This document shows positions 19,701 through 29,302 of a stretch of DNA of 64,000 nucleotides, one piece after another; position 1 is the stretch's first letter; each line of letters opens with the position of its first letter. The notes beneath the pieces are model-generated. The model worked only from the letters and a program-made list of their open reading frames with translations, was not told the DNA's origin and ran no database searches. The stretch lies in the IMG/VR virus record IMGVR_UViG_3300021387_000688. The stretch is one strand, 5' to 3'. Both the position numbers and the translations under genes were made by a program. Source of the DNA: a virus (lineage: Duplodnaviria > Caudoviricetes).

Positions 19701-21767
19701 AGTGATGCAACTTCTTATAATAATCTTTATACCCATTACCTTACTAAAGAAGATTACTTAAATGGTAAGGCAGGTACAGTAGGTCGTTTAATCTTAGAGG
19801 CCGCCAATGATGAATCTAAAGATTGGGCAGAATCTATATTTGAAACGGTAGATGGTAAGTTTGCTTTAAGACCAACCATGATAGATGGTTGGTATGGCGA
19901 AACTCATGCAGAGAATGATTTGCCATTGGATAAATGGGATGCAATATATACAATCATTGCTTATTGGAGTGGTGCAGTTCCAGGAGCAGATCATCAATTT
20001 GATAAATGGGAAAAGATTGATAGAGCTTATCTCGATCCTGTATATTCCAGATTACCAGAAATGGCACCTGTAAAAGATGGTGTAAACGTACATTGGTCTG
20101 TAGATGATGGTGGTACAGGTTTATTGAGATTAGATTATAAGACTTTAGCAGAAGCTATTAGACTTATAAATGAACAGTTGTTAAACTTCTATCCTGATAG
20201 ACCAACTACTATTAGAAAAATTCAACCAACAATTGATGTAGAGAAAACAACTTCTCCATTAACAGAATATATTGAAATCGATTTAGGACAGTTGAGTCAA
20301 TATGTAACTGATGCTCCAAAATATGCTTATGATGCAGGTTTAGGTGTAGTAGCTATTTCTCAAACCGGCGTGCACGATTATTTGCCACTTGAATGTTGCT
20401 TCTATTCTGGATTAGAATCTACTGTAGATGTATTAGATTTTACAAAATCTGTTTTGGCAGATAATGAATTCAATATTGAAAAGTTTGATCCTTATGAAAA
20501 ATACAAATTAGGATTTAGAGCCCCTACTAAGATATTAGCAACTGAGATTAATGGATTATTAAATATGGGGTTGATTGAAGGTTATGCATTCAATCACTCT
20601 ATTAGATTCTCTCAATACGATTTAGTAGCTGACGCAACTGTATTGAAAATACCTGAATTGGAAGGAGAGTCTTTAACATTAGAATTTGAAGAAAGAAAAT
20701 TCTATGATATGTCAGAGACTATCATTAATCCTTGCGTATCGACTGAAGTAAATATTGCAGCTTTGAACAACTTAATGAACTCAAACAGAACTGGTGGTAT
20801 AGGATTTATACCTAATGGAACTTCTGTAGTAGGTCAATTCAAGATTAACAACTTTACAAAGTATAAGTCAATTTCTAAAGATGCAAAAGTTGAAATGACC
20901 GCAAGATTTGGAGAAGTAGAACTTCCTGTAGAAATTACAAGCCAGTACTTGGATTTAGTAAATAGGGAAGAAGGTGCATTTGACCTTACAGTACAATTTG
21001 CAATTCCTATCGAATTAGATATAGATGCTGTAGATGAGCTGGAAGTAAAAGCAAGTTGTTCGAACTTTGGATATGACGTTCCTGAAACAACAATCTTAGA
21101 TATAAAAGATTTGTATGTTTGTCAACCAAATGAAATGATGGAATTACAAGTACAGCCAGGTGTAGGAGTCAATCCAACATTCGGTACAGGTGCAAACGAT
21201 TTCGGTGCACCTTATGTTAAGAAAGATTCTATCAATGCATGCAATGAATTAGCTTGGTTAGACGATGAAGGAATTGGTTATCAATTCCCTAAGAAAGATT
21301 TATATTTGAACAAATTAAATAATGATTTGGAAGCAAATAATTATCAGCCTAATGATAAGAATGGTACTCCAATAGAAGATGAAGAATACCGTTACGTAAT
21401 GTTCAAATATTCTTTAGGAGAGATTAAAGACATTTGCGGATTTACAATTGCACTTGATTGGGATACTACATTGCCAGAAGTTTCTAACTTAGACGGTACA
21501 TTGAAAGGAGTTACTTTACAAGTAATGCCTCGTTCTCAAGAATTGCAGAATGTTAATTTATCTAATGGTAATTCTCCAGTTCCAGTATTCTTCCAAGCCG
21601 AATTCACTCCTGATGAACCTTGTTTATATCCTGGTCACGGAGATGCTAAATTCAGAAGAATTACATTTGGTAGAAAGCCTATTCCAGTAGAAGATATTTA
21701 TATAAGAGTTGGTATCGCTAAAAATACAGGTCTGTGTCTAAATAAAATAGGAGTGTTCTTAGAATAG
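16800..21767 (+). CDS. Large putative virion (baseplate/tail fibre-like) protein
   Basis: 1655 aa, acidic, beta-helix-like central region, KADLKGGKIPLDQIP and GDWIVY fibre-like motifs. Confidence 0.6.
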   Translation: MSNILDKSTTLWKNYKGWGDTHSERETFEELYRAFNRISSEQVLTYGQDIPREPSDALYDAVSHLTATNDTAYLQESLYKKIPIVKKHVEVTLEPISPNCNHSFIVKIDGKQAKNIIPFDYSDTGIYNYELKTQEGREIPFGICDWILDTNSSLLVFQNGTPLGVSASKPPVLTFYQYVGPSGERHYIDAILLDTENVEFENGSPVADVTPYARNSTNNIEEDFLHKYGLHGGDGNPGIGLEYNLLTPVTDSNTNDPIMGYDDNSNSQVVNLLSSKKGTGPLEVLFVSQEIENGEHVVVVEKDGISKIDEEHGFFVVKAAPGTYTITVEETEELKTVLLVKDNETQDWELFFPRSPLQLTVKLPVFADLITLPPHLKLSVFNSYSDHITHQYYGPRTVDFVIATDESASWRSADFVIYNKDKFYLKDAFAVKEGKHILARNATYKNHDEELEIKGMTFSGETKENVILKELSIKLEDAVLENAVIEGDIEVSGTSILRNVKCTGTITVKEEGTLLIEDSELNTVENYGELKVFDSGVINIRTYKVQKEDITAYAVTTIFDTTVSNDFYSEGKVYVNGGYVNNFTVEEGAFYVQGSRISNLKAVEAEEGSLLDTTSIDYVENLPSTVKIDSSYVTKFSDAVERPVYPDEATMPFYTAFNNRVYAKIPAPFKYEPETNTLELKLDSITHTLFINDNGELQARFFNSDEIAFTSKDNVKTQIEEVYGEHADTVLDKKRPDNVDEALIDLYWSKADLKGGKIPLDQIPDAIASGGLSPVGTWSFEDHGGRYPTFADIDFRFMSDDSYTDLQRGWFFIVAASHKDDDPCYPQRAIDGVEFTAGDWIVYGGRNKELVRDNITVQPLNGMSPVKEDKNTFLQYSKDYGKTAVFSSCKQYSDKNKKFNDLSTVAFFENKVDLYKSEGNFHFVESYPVEYIEGVFTGDREGVVPYRTVTQIKIGEYTFNVLGTAVRSDATSYNNLYTHYLTKEDYLNGKAGTVGRLILEAANDESKDWAESIFETVDGKFALRPTMIDGWYGETHAENDLPLDKWDAIYTIIAYWSGAVPGADHQFDKWEKIDRAYLDPVYSRLPEMAPVKDGVNVHWSVDDGGTGLLRLDYKTLAEAIRLINEQLLNFYPDRPTTIRKIQPTIDVEKTTSPLTEYIEIDLGQLSQYVTDAPKYAYDAGLGVVAISQTGVHDYLPLECCFYSGLESTVDVLDFTKSVLADNEFNIEKFDPYEKYKLGFRAPTKILATEINGLLNMGLIEGYAFNHSIRFSQYDLVADATVLKIPELEGESLTLEFEERKFYDMSETIINPCVSTEVNIAALNNLMNSNRTGGIGFIPNGTSVVGQFKINNFTKYKSISKDAKVEMTARFGEVELPVEITSQYLDLVNREEGAFDLTVQFAIPIELDIDAVDELEVKASCSNFGYDVPETTILDIKDLYVCQPNEMMELQVQPGVGVNPTFGTGANDFGAPYVKKDSINACNELAWLDDEGIGYQFPKKDLYLNKLNNDLEANNYQPNDKNGTPIEDEEYRYVMFKYSLGEIKDICGFTIALDWDTTLPEVSNLDGTLKGVTLQVMPRSQELQNVNLSNGNSPVPVFFQAEFTPDEPCLYPGHGDAKFRRITFGRKPIPVEDIYIRVGIAKNTGLCLNKIGVFLE

Positions 21768-23888
21768 ATGCTGACAGACTTAAAGAAATACGATCCTAAT
21801 AAATATATGAGAATGGATGACCAGTTTTTGGACATCCTGCTTGATGCACTTGCAGGGGATCCAAAGGCTTTGGCCATGCCAGAGATTCAATCTATTAACG
21901 TAGATAACTTAAAAGCCGCTTTAGAGTTTTATGCAAATTCAAATTCCAAATTAGGAGATTATGCAAATACATTAGCTTCAGATGGATGGAGGTTGATGTA
22001 TAAAAGAAAGCCACCTACACCTGAAGAATTTTTAACTTATGAATGGATAGGTCCTCAGTCTGAAGGTTTGTGGCCTAACGTTAAAAAAGCATTCGTAGAG
22101 TTCTGCGATCCAAGTCCATTAAATCCAAAACGAGGGTTGGCTTTGTCAACTTCAATTGGATGGGGTAAATCTTTACTTTCTAACTTAATTGTAGCTTATA
22201 CAATCTTGCAATTCTGTTTCATGCGAGAACCTTATAAAGTATTAGGTCATTCGGCAATGACTTCTTATTGTATTGCCTTAGCTGCATATTCTTTGAATAA
22301 AGTATGGGACTTGTTAGGTACACCACTTGAACAGTTTATTGAGCAGAGTCCTATTTTTGAAAAAGTACCTCACCGTGAAGACGTAGTTAATGCAGATAAA
22401 CTTGATCCAGGCTGTAATAAAATCATTTATTCAACTGCAGGTCGTGGATCTGCTCGTATGTTGTTTAGAAATAATCTTCAGTTGAAGATGATGTCTACTG
22501 AAGGTCACTTGTTAGGAAACACGATTATTGCAGCAGTATTTACTGAGTTGGCATGGTGGGAACAAAACGGTTGGACAAAAGAACAAATTAAAAGATTCTT
22601 TGATAAAGCCTGTCAACGTGTTGACTCTCGTATGGGTGGACACTTCTTAGGAAGATATATTATCGACTCTTCTCCTTTCTCATTAGAGTCTCCAATTGAT
22701 AAATGGATTTGGGAAGAAGCAATTTATGATCCAAAATGGTATTGCGTATTAGGTGCCAAGTGGGATTATTTTAAGAATGAGTTCCCTGGCTTCTTTGATA
22801 AGAATGGCGAAGAAATACACAACTGGGATGTAGGTTTCCAATGTTATAAAGGCGGAAAAAATGAACCTCCTAAGTGTTTGAAATCTGAAGTAGAAGCTCA
22901 ATTATATGATCCATTAGACTTAGTATGGTGTCCAAGATTGGATGTTACTGCAAAAGGTACTACACAATTAATGTCTCTTGCAATGCAGAACCCAATTGAA
23001 TTCTTAAGAGACTGGGCAGGTATTCCTGCAGGTTCTTCTGATAGAATTTTCCAAGCCGGTGCTGTAGTAGAAAATATCTTTGACAACGATTTGAAAAATA
23101 TTTATACTTCTATTGTAGCGGATGCCGCCTATGAACCTAAAGATTTAATATGGAATCAAATTAAAGATAAATTGTTTATAAACTTTAACGGCAATTACAT
23201 GTTTTATAGAGAGCCTCATGCTAAACGCGTATTATCTGTCGACCAGTCATTGACAGGAGACGCAACAGGTTTATCTGTATGTCACTGGGAGTTTGAAAAA
23301 GAAAAAGATGGAGTGACTACACATAATATTTGTGTAGTAGATTTCACTTTAGCTATTATTCCAAAAGGTGGAAGAATTAACCTTGATGCTATAAAGGACT
23401 TTATTATGGCTTTAATAGAATATGCCGGTATGAATATTGCATATGTAAACTTCGATACTTTCCAATCTGAATCTACTAAACAGTATTTGAAGAGAAAGAA
23501 AATACCTATCGAATATATTTCTGTAGATAAGGATAACGGTCCTTATCAAACTTTAATTGATTATGTAACTCACGAAAGATTGGTTTGTGGAAAGAACATT
23601 TTCTTTAAGAATAATTTAAGATCTTTGCATTGGTCTAAGAGAGATACAGGTTCTGTAAAGATTGATCACTTTAAAGGAAAGATAACTAACGAATCTTCAA
23701 ATACAAGTTGGGAAGATTCTATGTTAGGAACAAATGCAAAGGACGTTGCAGATACAGTGGCAGCTTGTATAGCCATGCTAACAAAATATGATGTAGAATT
23801 AGCTCCATCTACAGAATGGAGAAATACTAAGCTTCTTGGTCCAAAATCTGTAAATGAAACTTTGAAAAAATACGGATTTAAGATTTAA
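21768..23888 (+). CDS. terL: Terminase large subunit
   Basis: Walker A STSIGWGKS, AVFTEL Walker B, SVDQSLTGDATG RNase H-like nuclease, FDTFQS, KIDH...KDVAD. Confidence 0.9.
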   Translation: MLTDLKKYDPNKYMRMDDQFLDILLDALAGDPKALAMPEIQSINVDNLKAALEFYANSNSKLGDYANTLASDGWRLMYKRKPPTPEEFLTYEWIGPQSEGLWPNVKKAFVEFCDPSPLNPKRGLALSTSIGWGKSLLSNLIVAYTILQFCFMREPYKVLGHSAMTSYCIALAAYSLNKVWDLLGTPLEQFIEQSPIFEKVPHREDVVNADKLDPGCNKIIYSTAGRGSARMLFRNNLQLKMMSTEGHLLGNTIIAAVFTELAWWEQNGWTKEQIKRFFDKACQRVDSRMGGHFLGRYIIDSSPFSLESPIDKWIWEEAIYDPKWYCVLGAKWDYFKNEFPGFFDKNGEEIHNWDVGFQCYKGGKNEPPKCLKSEVEAQLYDPLDLVWCPRLDVTAKGTTQLMSLAMQNPIEFLRDWAGIPAGSSDRIFQAGAVVENIFDNDLKNIYTSIVADAAYEPKDLIWNQIKDKLFINFNGNYMFYREPHAKRVLSVDQSLTGDATGLSVCHWEFEKEKDGVTTHNICVVDFTLAIIPKGGRINLDAIKDFIMALIEYAGMNIAYVNFDTFQSESTKQYLKRKKIPIEYISVDKDNGPYQTLIDYVTHERLVCGKNIFFKNNLRSLHWSKRDTGSVKIDHFKGKITNESSNTSWEDSMLGTNAKDVADTVAACIAMLTKYDVELAPSTEWRNTKLLGPKSVNETLKKYGFKI

Positions 23889-24670
23889 CAAGCTTCGTCA
23901 TAACTAACATCCAAGAATGCACTTTCTAATACACCTCTTAAATGATTAGACTTAACTTGATTGACTTGTTGATAAGGGTCTACTAAAGAATAGGCGGTAG
24001 TAGCAATTGCAGATACTTTTTTATCTTGACGACTTTTCTGCAACATAGAAATGTATAAAAGATATTCAAGGAACATTGTATCGAGTTTTTTATAATCATG
24101 CAACTCTTCTACTTTTTTAAGTTCTTCGCAAGTACGATCTACTCTATTCATAATATAATCGATTGCTTCATCTAAATCGATTTCTTCCCCTTGTTCTTTC
24201 AAATACTCTTTATAAGAAAGACGGGTTTCATTAGAAATAGAATTTTCATCATCTCCCCAAGTTGCATTTAATGACATCTTGGAGTCAACGTTTGTACCTT
24301 TGAAATATTCTGATAGAACTTCACGTACCTTAAAAGTAAGAATACCATAGAACGAAGCACCTACTGCAGGTTCATCATTTCTGAAGTATCTCTTTAAGAA
24401 GTTTTCAGCTGCAGTATCTGCCATGCCTTCTACGATAGCGCCATCAATATAATCGTTTCCTCCAGACAGCATTTTCAAAAGAATAGACTTAGCATATTCT
24501 CCTAATGCTTTCTTGAAATCTTTTAACACTTTATAATTATTTTTTACCAATACTTCATACTGGTAATTTTGACAATCTACTTCAATCTGTGGCGGATTTG
24601 GCTTATAATAAAACTTGCTTTTGAACTCTTTATATTCTTCTTCGGTCATTCTAGGAGCATCATAAATCAT
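23885..24670 (-). CDS. Putative phage sigma factor (gp55-like)
   Basis: VEGMADTAAENFLKRYF...GASFYGILTFKVRE...KMSLN resembles sigma regions 2-3; weak. Confidence 0.4.
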   Translation of the reverse strand: MIYDAPRMTEEEYKEFKSKFYYKPNPPQIEVDCQNYQYEVLVKNNYKVLKDFKKALGEYAKSILLKMLSGGNDYIDGAIVEGMADTAAENFLKRYFRNDEPAVGASFYGILTFKVREVLSEYFKGTNVDSKMSLNATWGDDENSISNETRLSYKEYLKEQGEEIDLDEAIDYIMNRVDRTCEELKKVEELHDYKKLDTMFLEYLLYISMLQKSRQDKKVSAIATTAYSLVDPYQQVNQVKSNHLRGVLESAFLDVSYDEAC

Positions 24671-24741
24671 TTAACTTTTCCTTTTACGCGGCCATACTTG
24701 CCGGTACCTTAGAAGTATAGAAAGGGGTTTTCGATTATTTT

Positions 24742-25056
24742 CTATAATTTTATGTCATCAAAAGTATAGTCTAAATCTTTTGCATCTGCGACCAATTTTG
24801 AAGTACCAAATAGTTTATCATAAGTTACATTATCGATACCTTTTTCTTGATCTCTATACTTTTTTAATTCTTTAGCAATTTCTTCAATCCAATCGAGACC
24901 ATTATAAGTCATTGAGACTCCTAATATATCTGCCATACCTGCAAGTATCGCAATTTGGCCGTATCTAAAAACTTCTTCTTTCGAAAGGTCTTCTGCTTTA
25001 TATCCTTTCTGTTTAAGAAATTCGTTAAAACTTATAAGTCTCATTGTTCTTCCCAT
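24742..25056 (-). CDS. Hypothetical protein
   Basis: Start revised to 25056 (GAGG SD; CTAATT at 25075-25080). Confidence 0.55.
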   Translation of the reverse strand: MGRTMRLISFNEFLKQKGYKAEDLSKEEVFRYGQIAILAGMADILGVSMTYNGLDWIEEIAKELKKYRDQEKGIDNVTYDKLFGTSKLVADAKDLDYTFDDIKL

Positions 25057-25106
25057 AATTTTCGTCCTCTTAAAAATTAGTAGGTAAATTATTTTTGGCA
25101 AAAGAA

Positions 25107-25130
25107 AACCCTCTATTCACATAGAGGGTT
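25107..25130 (-). terminator. Intrinsic terminator
   Basis: AACCCTCTAT-TCAC-ATAGAGGGTT followed by a U-rich tract on the minus strand. Confidence 0.75.
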
Positions 25131-25147
25131 AAGTAAACAAATAAGGG

Positions 25148-26323
25148 TTACAACAATTTACCAGACAACATCTGAATTTCGCCTGATCTTAAAGCAACCG
25201 CATTATCTACATTTTCATCATATATAAAGGTCAACAACTGATTTCCCTTTACAATGTTACAAATAGATCTGAGAGGAAGTGCAATTGCGAATGAAGTGAA
25301 AACATCATCGCTTGGATTTTCATCTGCAACGTTTCCTACATTTACATTTACTTTTGAAGTAGATGCTTCATCAGATCCTGTCGACATTTCAAATGAAACA
25401 CCTTCACCGTTCTTATAAAGTTTAACTTCATAATTCCTTGTTTCAATAAATGTCTGAATCTTGCTACCAACAACATCGAATGTTGTAAACAATTCATTCA
25501 AATCAACTTCTACTTTTGTAGAAGTATTTTCATCTGGAGTGATACTTGCCAAGTCTTCATCGCTTGGATTCTCATCTGGTGCATCAAATACTGCAGATAC
25601 GTTTCTTACAACTTCATTCTCTCCAATATAACCAACAATCTGCAAATGCTGACCGGACTTAAGTTTTACTGTATCGCAATAATCCAAGTACTGCAAAATC
25701 TTATTTGCCATGTACATGTTTACATAAAGTTCTGAACCATCAGTTGTAAACTTTTCATTGTTTGGAGTTCTGAAGAAGAATGAATCATCGCGGAATGTAA
25801 TTGAGTTTCCAACAAACATAGATGCTTCTGGATTAGAAGACATGTTTGCCAAATAGTCTACAATTGCAGACTGCTTATCTACGTCCAATTCAATATTTGG
25901 AGTTGCATCGTTAGATTCAATAATAGAAAGGAATTCGTTTAACTGACTTTCTACTTCTGATACAGAAGATGTATAAGAATCTTCAGCTCTGAAAGAACCA
26001 ATCTTCATTACAATCTTTCTTTCCTTAAATTCGAAAGTTGTTCCATTCTCCATCATAGAAAGAATCTTAGTTGTAAGAGAAATATAAGTTTCTGTTCCAA
26101 TTGGATTTTCGTCATCATCTGCTGGCAACTTAACAAAAGATAAACGGCTGGCCGGAATAGCACATTCATACAATGAACATTCCCAATAACCATCCTGTTT
26201 AGTTCCTTTAAGTACTACAGGAGTTTTGTTTTTAGAGACATCCTTCAAGTACTTGAAAAATGGAGTTGAATCTCCATTAAGTTCATTAATCTTTTCTAGA
26301 TCAATATTAATTCTGATATCCAT
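25148..26323 (-). CDS. Putative sliding clamp (beta-clamp-like)
   Basis: 391 aa, acidic, apparent three-fold alpha/beta pattern; own promoter and terminator; no diagnostic motif. Confidence 0.35.
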   Translation of the reverse strand: MDIRINIDLEKINELNGDSTPFFKYLKDVSKNKTPVVLKGTKQDGYWECSLYECAIPASRLSFVKLPADDDENPIGTETYISLTTKILSMMENGTTFEFKERKIVMKIGSFRAEDSYTSSVSEVESQLNEFLSIIESNDATPNIELDVDKQSAIVDYLANMSSNPEASMFVGNSITFRDDSFFFRTPNNEKFTTDGSELYVNMYMANKILQYLDYCDTVKLKSGQHLQIVGYIGENEVVRNVSAVFDAPDENPSDEDLASITPDENTSTKVEVDLNELFTTFDVVGSKIQTFIETRNYEVKLYKNGEGVSFEMSTGSDEASTSKVNVNVGNVADENPSDDVFTSFAIALPLRSICNIVKGNQLLTFIYDENVDNAVALRSGEIQMLSGKLL

Positions 26324-26393
26324 AATTGAGTTTGTGCTCCTTATTTGTTTTTATTCAATATAGGTGGGAGTTTAAGATGTGAACCAATTATTT

Positions 26394-27397
26394 TTATTTT
26401 GGGAAACCTTGAGTTTTATAATTTGAACCTGCTGTATAAGCTTGTGCAAGTGTAACATAATCTGGCTGCCCAAAACTATTAGGACCTTCTCCGAATTTAC
26501 GGTCATCGTTTTCATACTTTGGCCAGAAATAATCTGAACCGTTATCATCATAACCGTCTTCAAAGGCTTGCTGAATATAGCACATATCTACTTCATCAAT
26601 AGAAGGAAAGATTTCAGAGAAGAAGCCATTGTAATAAAAATCACTCCATGCTTCTTCTTTTATATATTTGTAACATTTGTTTGCGTCTTCATTTTTCCAA
26701 ATTACTTTTACGTCACCGCAACATAAATCTAATTCACTTTGATTCCAAACATGGAAATCGCTTGGGTTTGGGGACATTGGAAGTTGTACTACATAAAACA
26801 TTATTCTTCCTCCTCTTTTTCATCTTCTTTCGAAGCAGCTTCTTTTTCAGCTTTATAAAGCATAAACTCTTTTAATTCAGCAAGCTGCTTGAGTTTGAAT
26901 TCTTTGAGAGTCCATTTATCCCAATTAGATTGTTTCGCGCATTCACTGCCAATACAAGCAATGAAGAATCCTATAAAAATTCCTAATATAATTTCCATTA
27001 TTTTTTACCCCTTGGAAACCATTCCTTCCAGTTTTCAAGTAAAAGGAAAAATATTACACTTCCAATTAAAATAAAAACTGAAGCAACCTTATGAGTATCC
27101 ATAAAAGCCGTTACAAATACTTGGATTGGATTATTCATACTGAGCCTCCGTTATGACATAACAAGGTACTCCACAAGTTTTGCGAATATCTTCATCCATT
27201 ATAAGCTCTCTGTTGATAGGAGAGTAATGAACCTGAGCCAATCTCTGAAGGTAAGGAGAAACACGATCCATCAATGTATCAAAATATTTACTTTTAGAAT
27301 CCCATTTAGCAGGAAAGTAAGTATGAGCACTAGGATCGTATACATGATAAACTTTTTTATTTACTAGTTTGTTTACTGGTAAAGGGTTAAGTACCAT
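26394..27397 (-). CDS. Four small ORFs (26394-26801, 26801-26998, 26998-27138, 27131-27397), two with TM helices
   Basis: Coupled ORFs; 26998-27138 (46 aa, MNNPIQVF...) found by manual translation. Confidence 0.55.
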
Positions 27398-27416
27398 TTC
27401 TGTTTCCTCCTATAAT

Positions 27417-27446
27417 AATATAGGAGTTTTCAGGTTTAAGAATTTC
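27417..27446 (-). promoter_or_regulatory. Class A promoter GAAATT-N18-TATATT
   Basis: Exact motif and spacing. Confidence 0.7.
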
Positions 27447-28194
27447 TATCTTTTTTCACCAACTCATCCAAGTCAAATACTTTATAAGGGGAGTCGGGAT
27501 TGTCCCAGCAAATATTTTTATACATTTTAGGATCGACTACAAATTGTTCCCAATTCTTTTTGTGCTGTAAAGGTGGAACTTCCCTTCCAGAATCTTTGTA
27601 GGCTTTTCTTACCATTCTGTAATTTTCCAAATCCCAAGTAAAGTAAGATTCGTCAACGGGAATTTGATGGGTATGGCCATGGATGTTTATGAATTGAGAA
27701 TTCTTTTTTAAGAAAACAGGTTCGTGACTTAAGATAAAACTATCCTTGTAAAGAATTGGTCTATCATAAACTTTATCAAAACCAAGATATCTAAAAATAT
27801 CTTCCAAAGAAGAATTCTTGTCAAAAGGTTCAATTTTATCCCAATCCTCTTTCGATTTTCTAAAATGATTGAATTGACGATCATGGTTTCCAAGAACAAT
27901 ATTCAACTGACGGTAATTACCCTTCATTACATCAATGAAAGCTTTCAACTGATCGAGAGTACATTCTCCAAATAATTTACCGTAAAATAAATCCCCAAGA
28001 TTCCAAAGTATTACTCCTTTCTCATCTGGAATTTGCTTGTTAATTGAGTTTACAATATCCCAAGACATTTGTATAGATTTTTCATCATTAAAGGGGAGAT
28101 AATCTTTTCGTTCTGCGTATTTTATAATATTGCTATGAAGTAAGTGACTTACTTAATGTAAGTCAGAAGTAATATAATTTCTTTCTGACTGCAT
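27436..28194 (-). CDS. Calcineurin-like metallophosphoesterase interrupted by an in-frame TAA (candidate translational bypass)
   Basis: AGGAGG SD and ATG at 28194 give MQSERNYITSDLH*VSHLLHSNII, in frame with LGDL, GNHD, SHEP and HGHTH. Confidence 0.85.
28144..28165 (-). other. Candidate ribosome-bypass element: hairpin with the stop codon in its loop
   Basis: TGACTTAC-ATTAA-GTAAGTCA perfect 8-bp stem; CAT (28158-28156), TAA, GTA, AGT, CAC (28146-28144). Confidence 0.65.
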
Positions 28195-28281
28195 TTTTAT
28201 GTCCTCCTAAAATAATTAGCATAATTATATTATAGTATTTGATTATGTTAGTGTGTAACAAATGTTTGCACTAATTAAAGT

Positions 28282-29300
28282 ATGAATTACGAAAAAAATT
28301 ATTATGATTATGTAAATTATGTAAAAAACACCATGTTAAGCCTAGAAGTTTAGGAGGAGACAACTCTAAAGAAAATTTGATTTTACTTACAGCAAGAGAA
28401 CATTTTCTAGCACATTATTTACTTTGTAAATTTACAAAAGGAGAAGATAAAAAGAAAATGGTTTGGGCTTTCCATAGACTATGTTATTCGGATTCTTCTA
28501 ACCATATTAGAAAAGAAAATAATTTCAAAATGAGTAGTAAATTTTATGAATATTTAAGAAAAGAATTTGTTAAAATTTTTGAAAGTGAAGATTGGAAAAA
28601 AGCATGTAGTGAACGTAGTAAAGACAGGGTTTGGATAAACGACGGTAAAAACTCTAAAATGGTTAAGGATTTTGAATTAGATGATTTCTTAAAGGATGGC
28701 TGGACAGTCGGAAGAATTATGAATAAATCCAATTTAGGAAAGTATACACCTACAGAGGAGGAGAAAAAAAGAAAAGCATTAAAATTATCCATTAGAGGGA
28801 AAAACTCTGTTTGGGTCCACAATGATTTAGAAGACAGAATGATTCAAAAAGATCAATTAAAAGAATTTTTAGATAAAGGGTATTCAGAAGGTAGAACCCA
28901 TAAAAAGAAAGCATCTTCCAACGGTCAAATTGGTAAAATAGCTGTTTACAATCCTTTAACTGATGAGGAAAGGAGGATAGATAAGAAAGATTTAGAGATC
29001 TTTTTAAGTAAAGGTTTCATTAAGGGTAGAAGAAAAGCCAGTGAAGAAACTAAACAAAAAATGAGTAAGTCCCATACAGATCCGGATAGTAAATCCCAAA
29101 AATATTATCAAAGCCTTAGAAATGGTATTTCTAAAAGAAAACATTTCGAAGGTAAAATTGTACATAAAGATGGTATTTATAAAGGGGTTTCTTTGGAAGA
29201 GTTGGACACCTATTTATCTAAAGGGTGGCAAATAGGTGCCAGACCTAAATCAGAAGATTGGAAAAGAAAAGCCAGAGAAAGAAATCAAAAAAAGATTTAA
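28282..29300 (+). mobile_element. HNH homing endonuclease, frameshifted near the 5' end
   Basis: MNYEKNYYDYVNYVK then, in the -1 frame, KHHVKPRSLGGDNSKENLILLTAREHFLAH; four C-terminal ...FLxxG(W/Y/F)xxGR-type repeats and a SEETKQKMS NUMOD-like motif. Confidence 0.8.
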
Positions 29301-29302
29301 AA

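Noticed and set aside
28144-28155. Self-splicing intron explanation for the 12-nt insert
   Set aside because: Far too short for a group I or II core and lacks the terminal G of group I introns.
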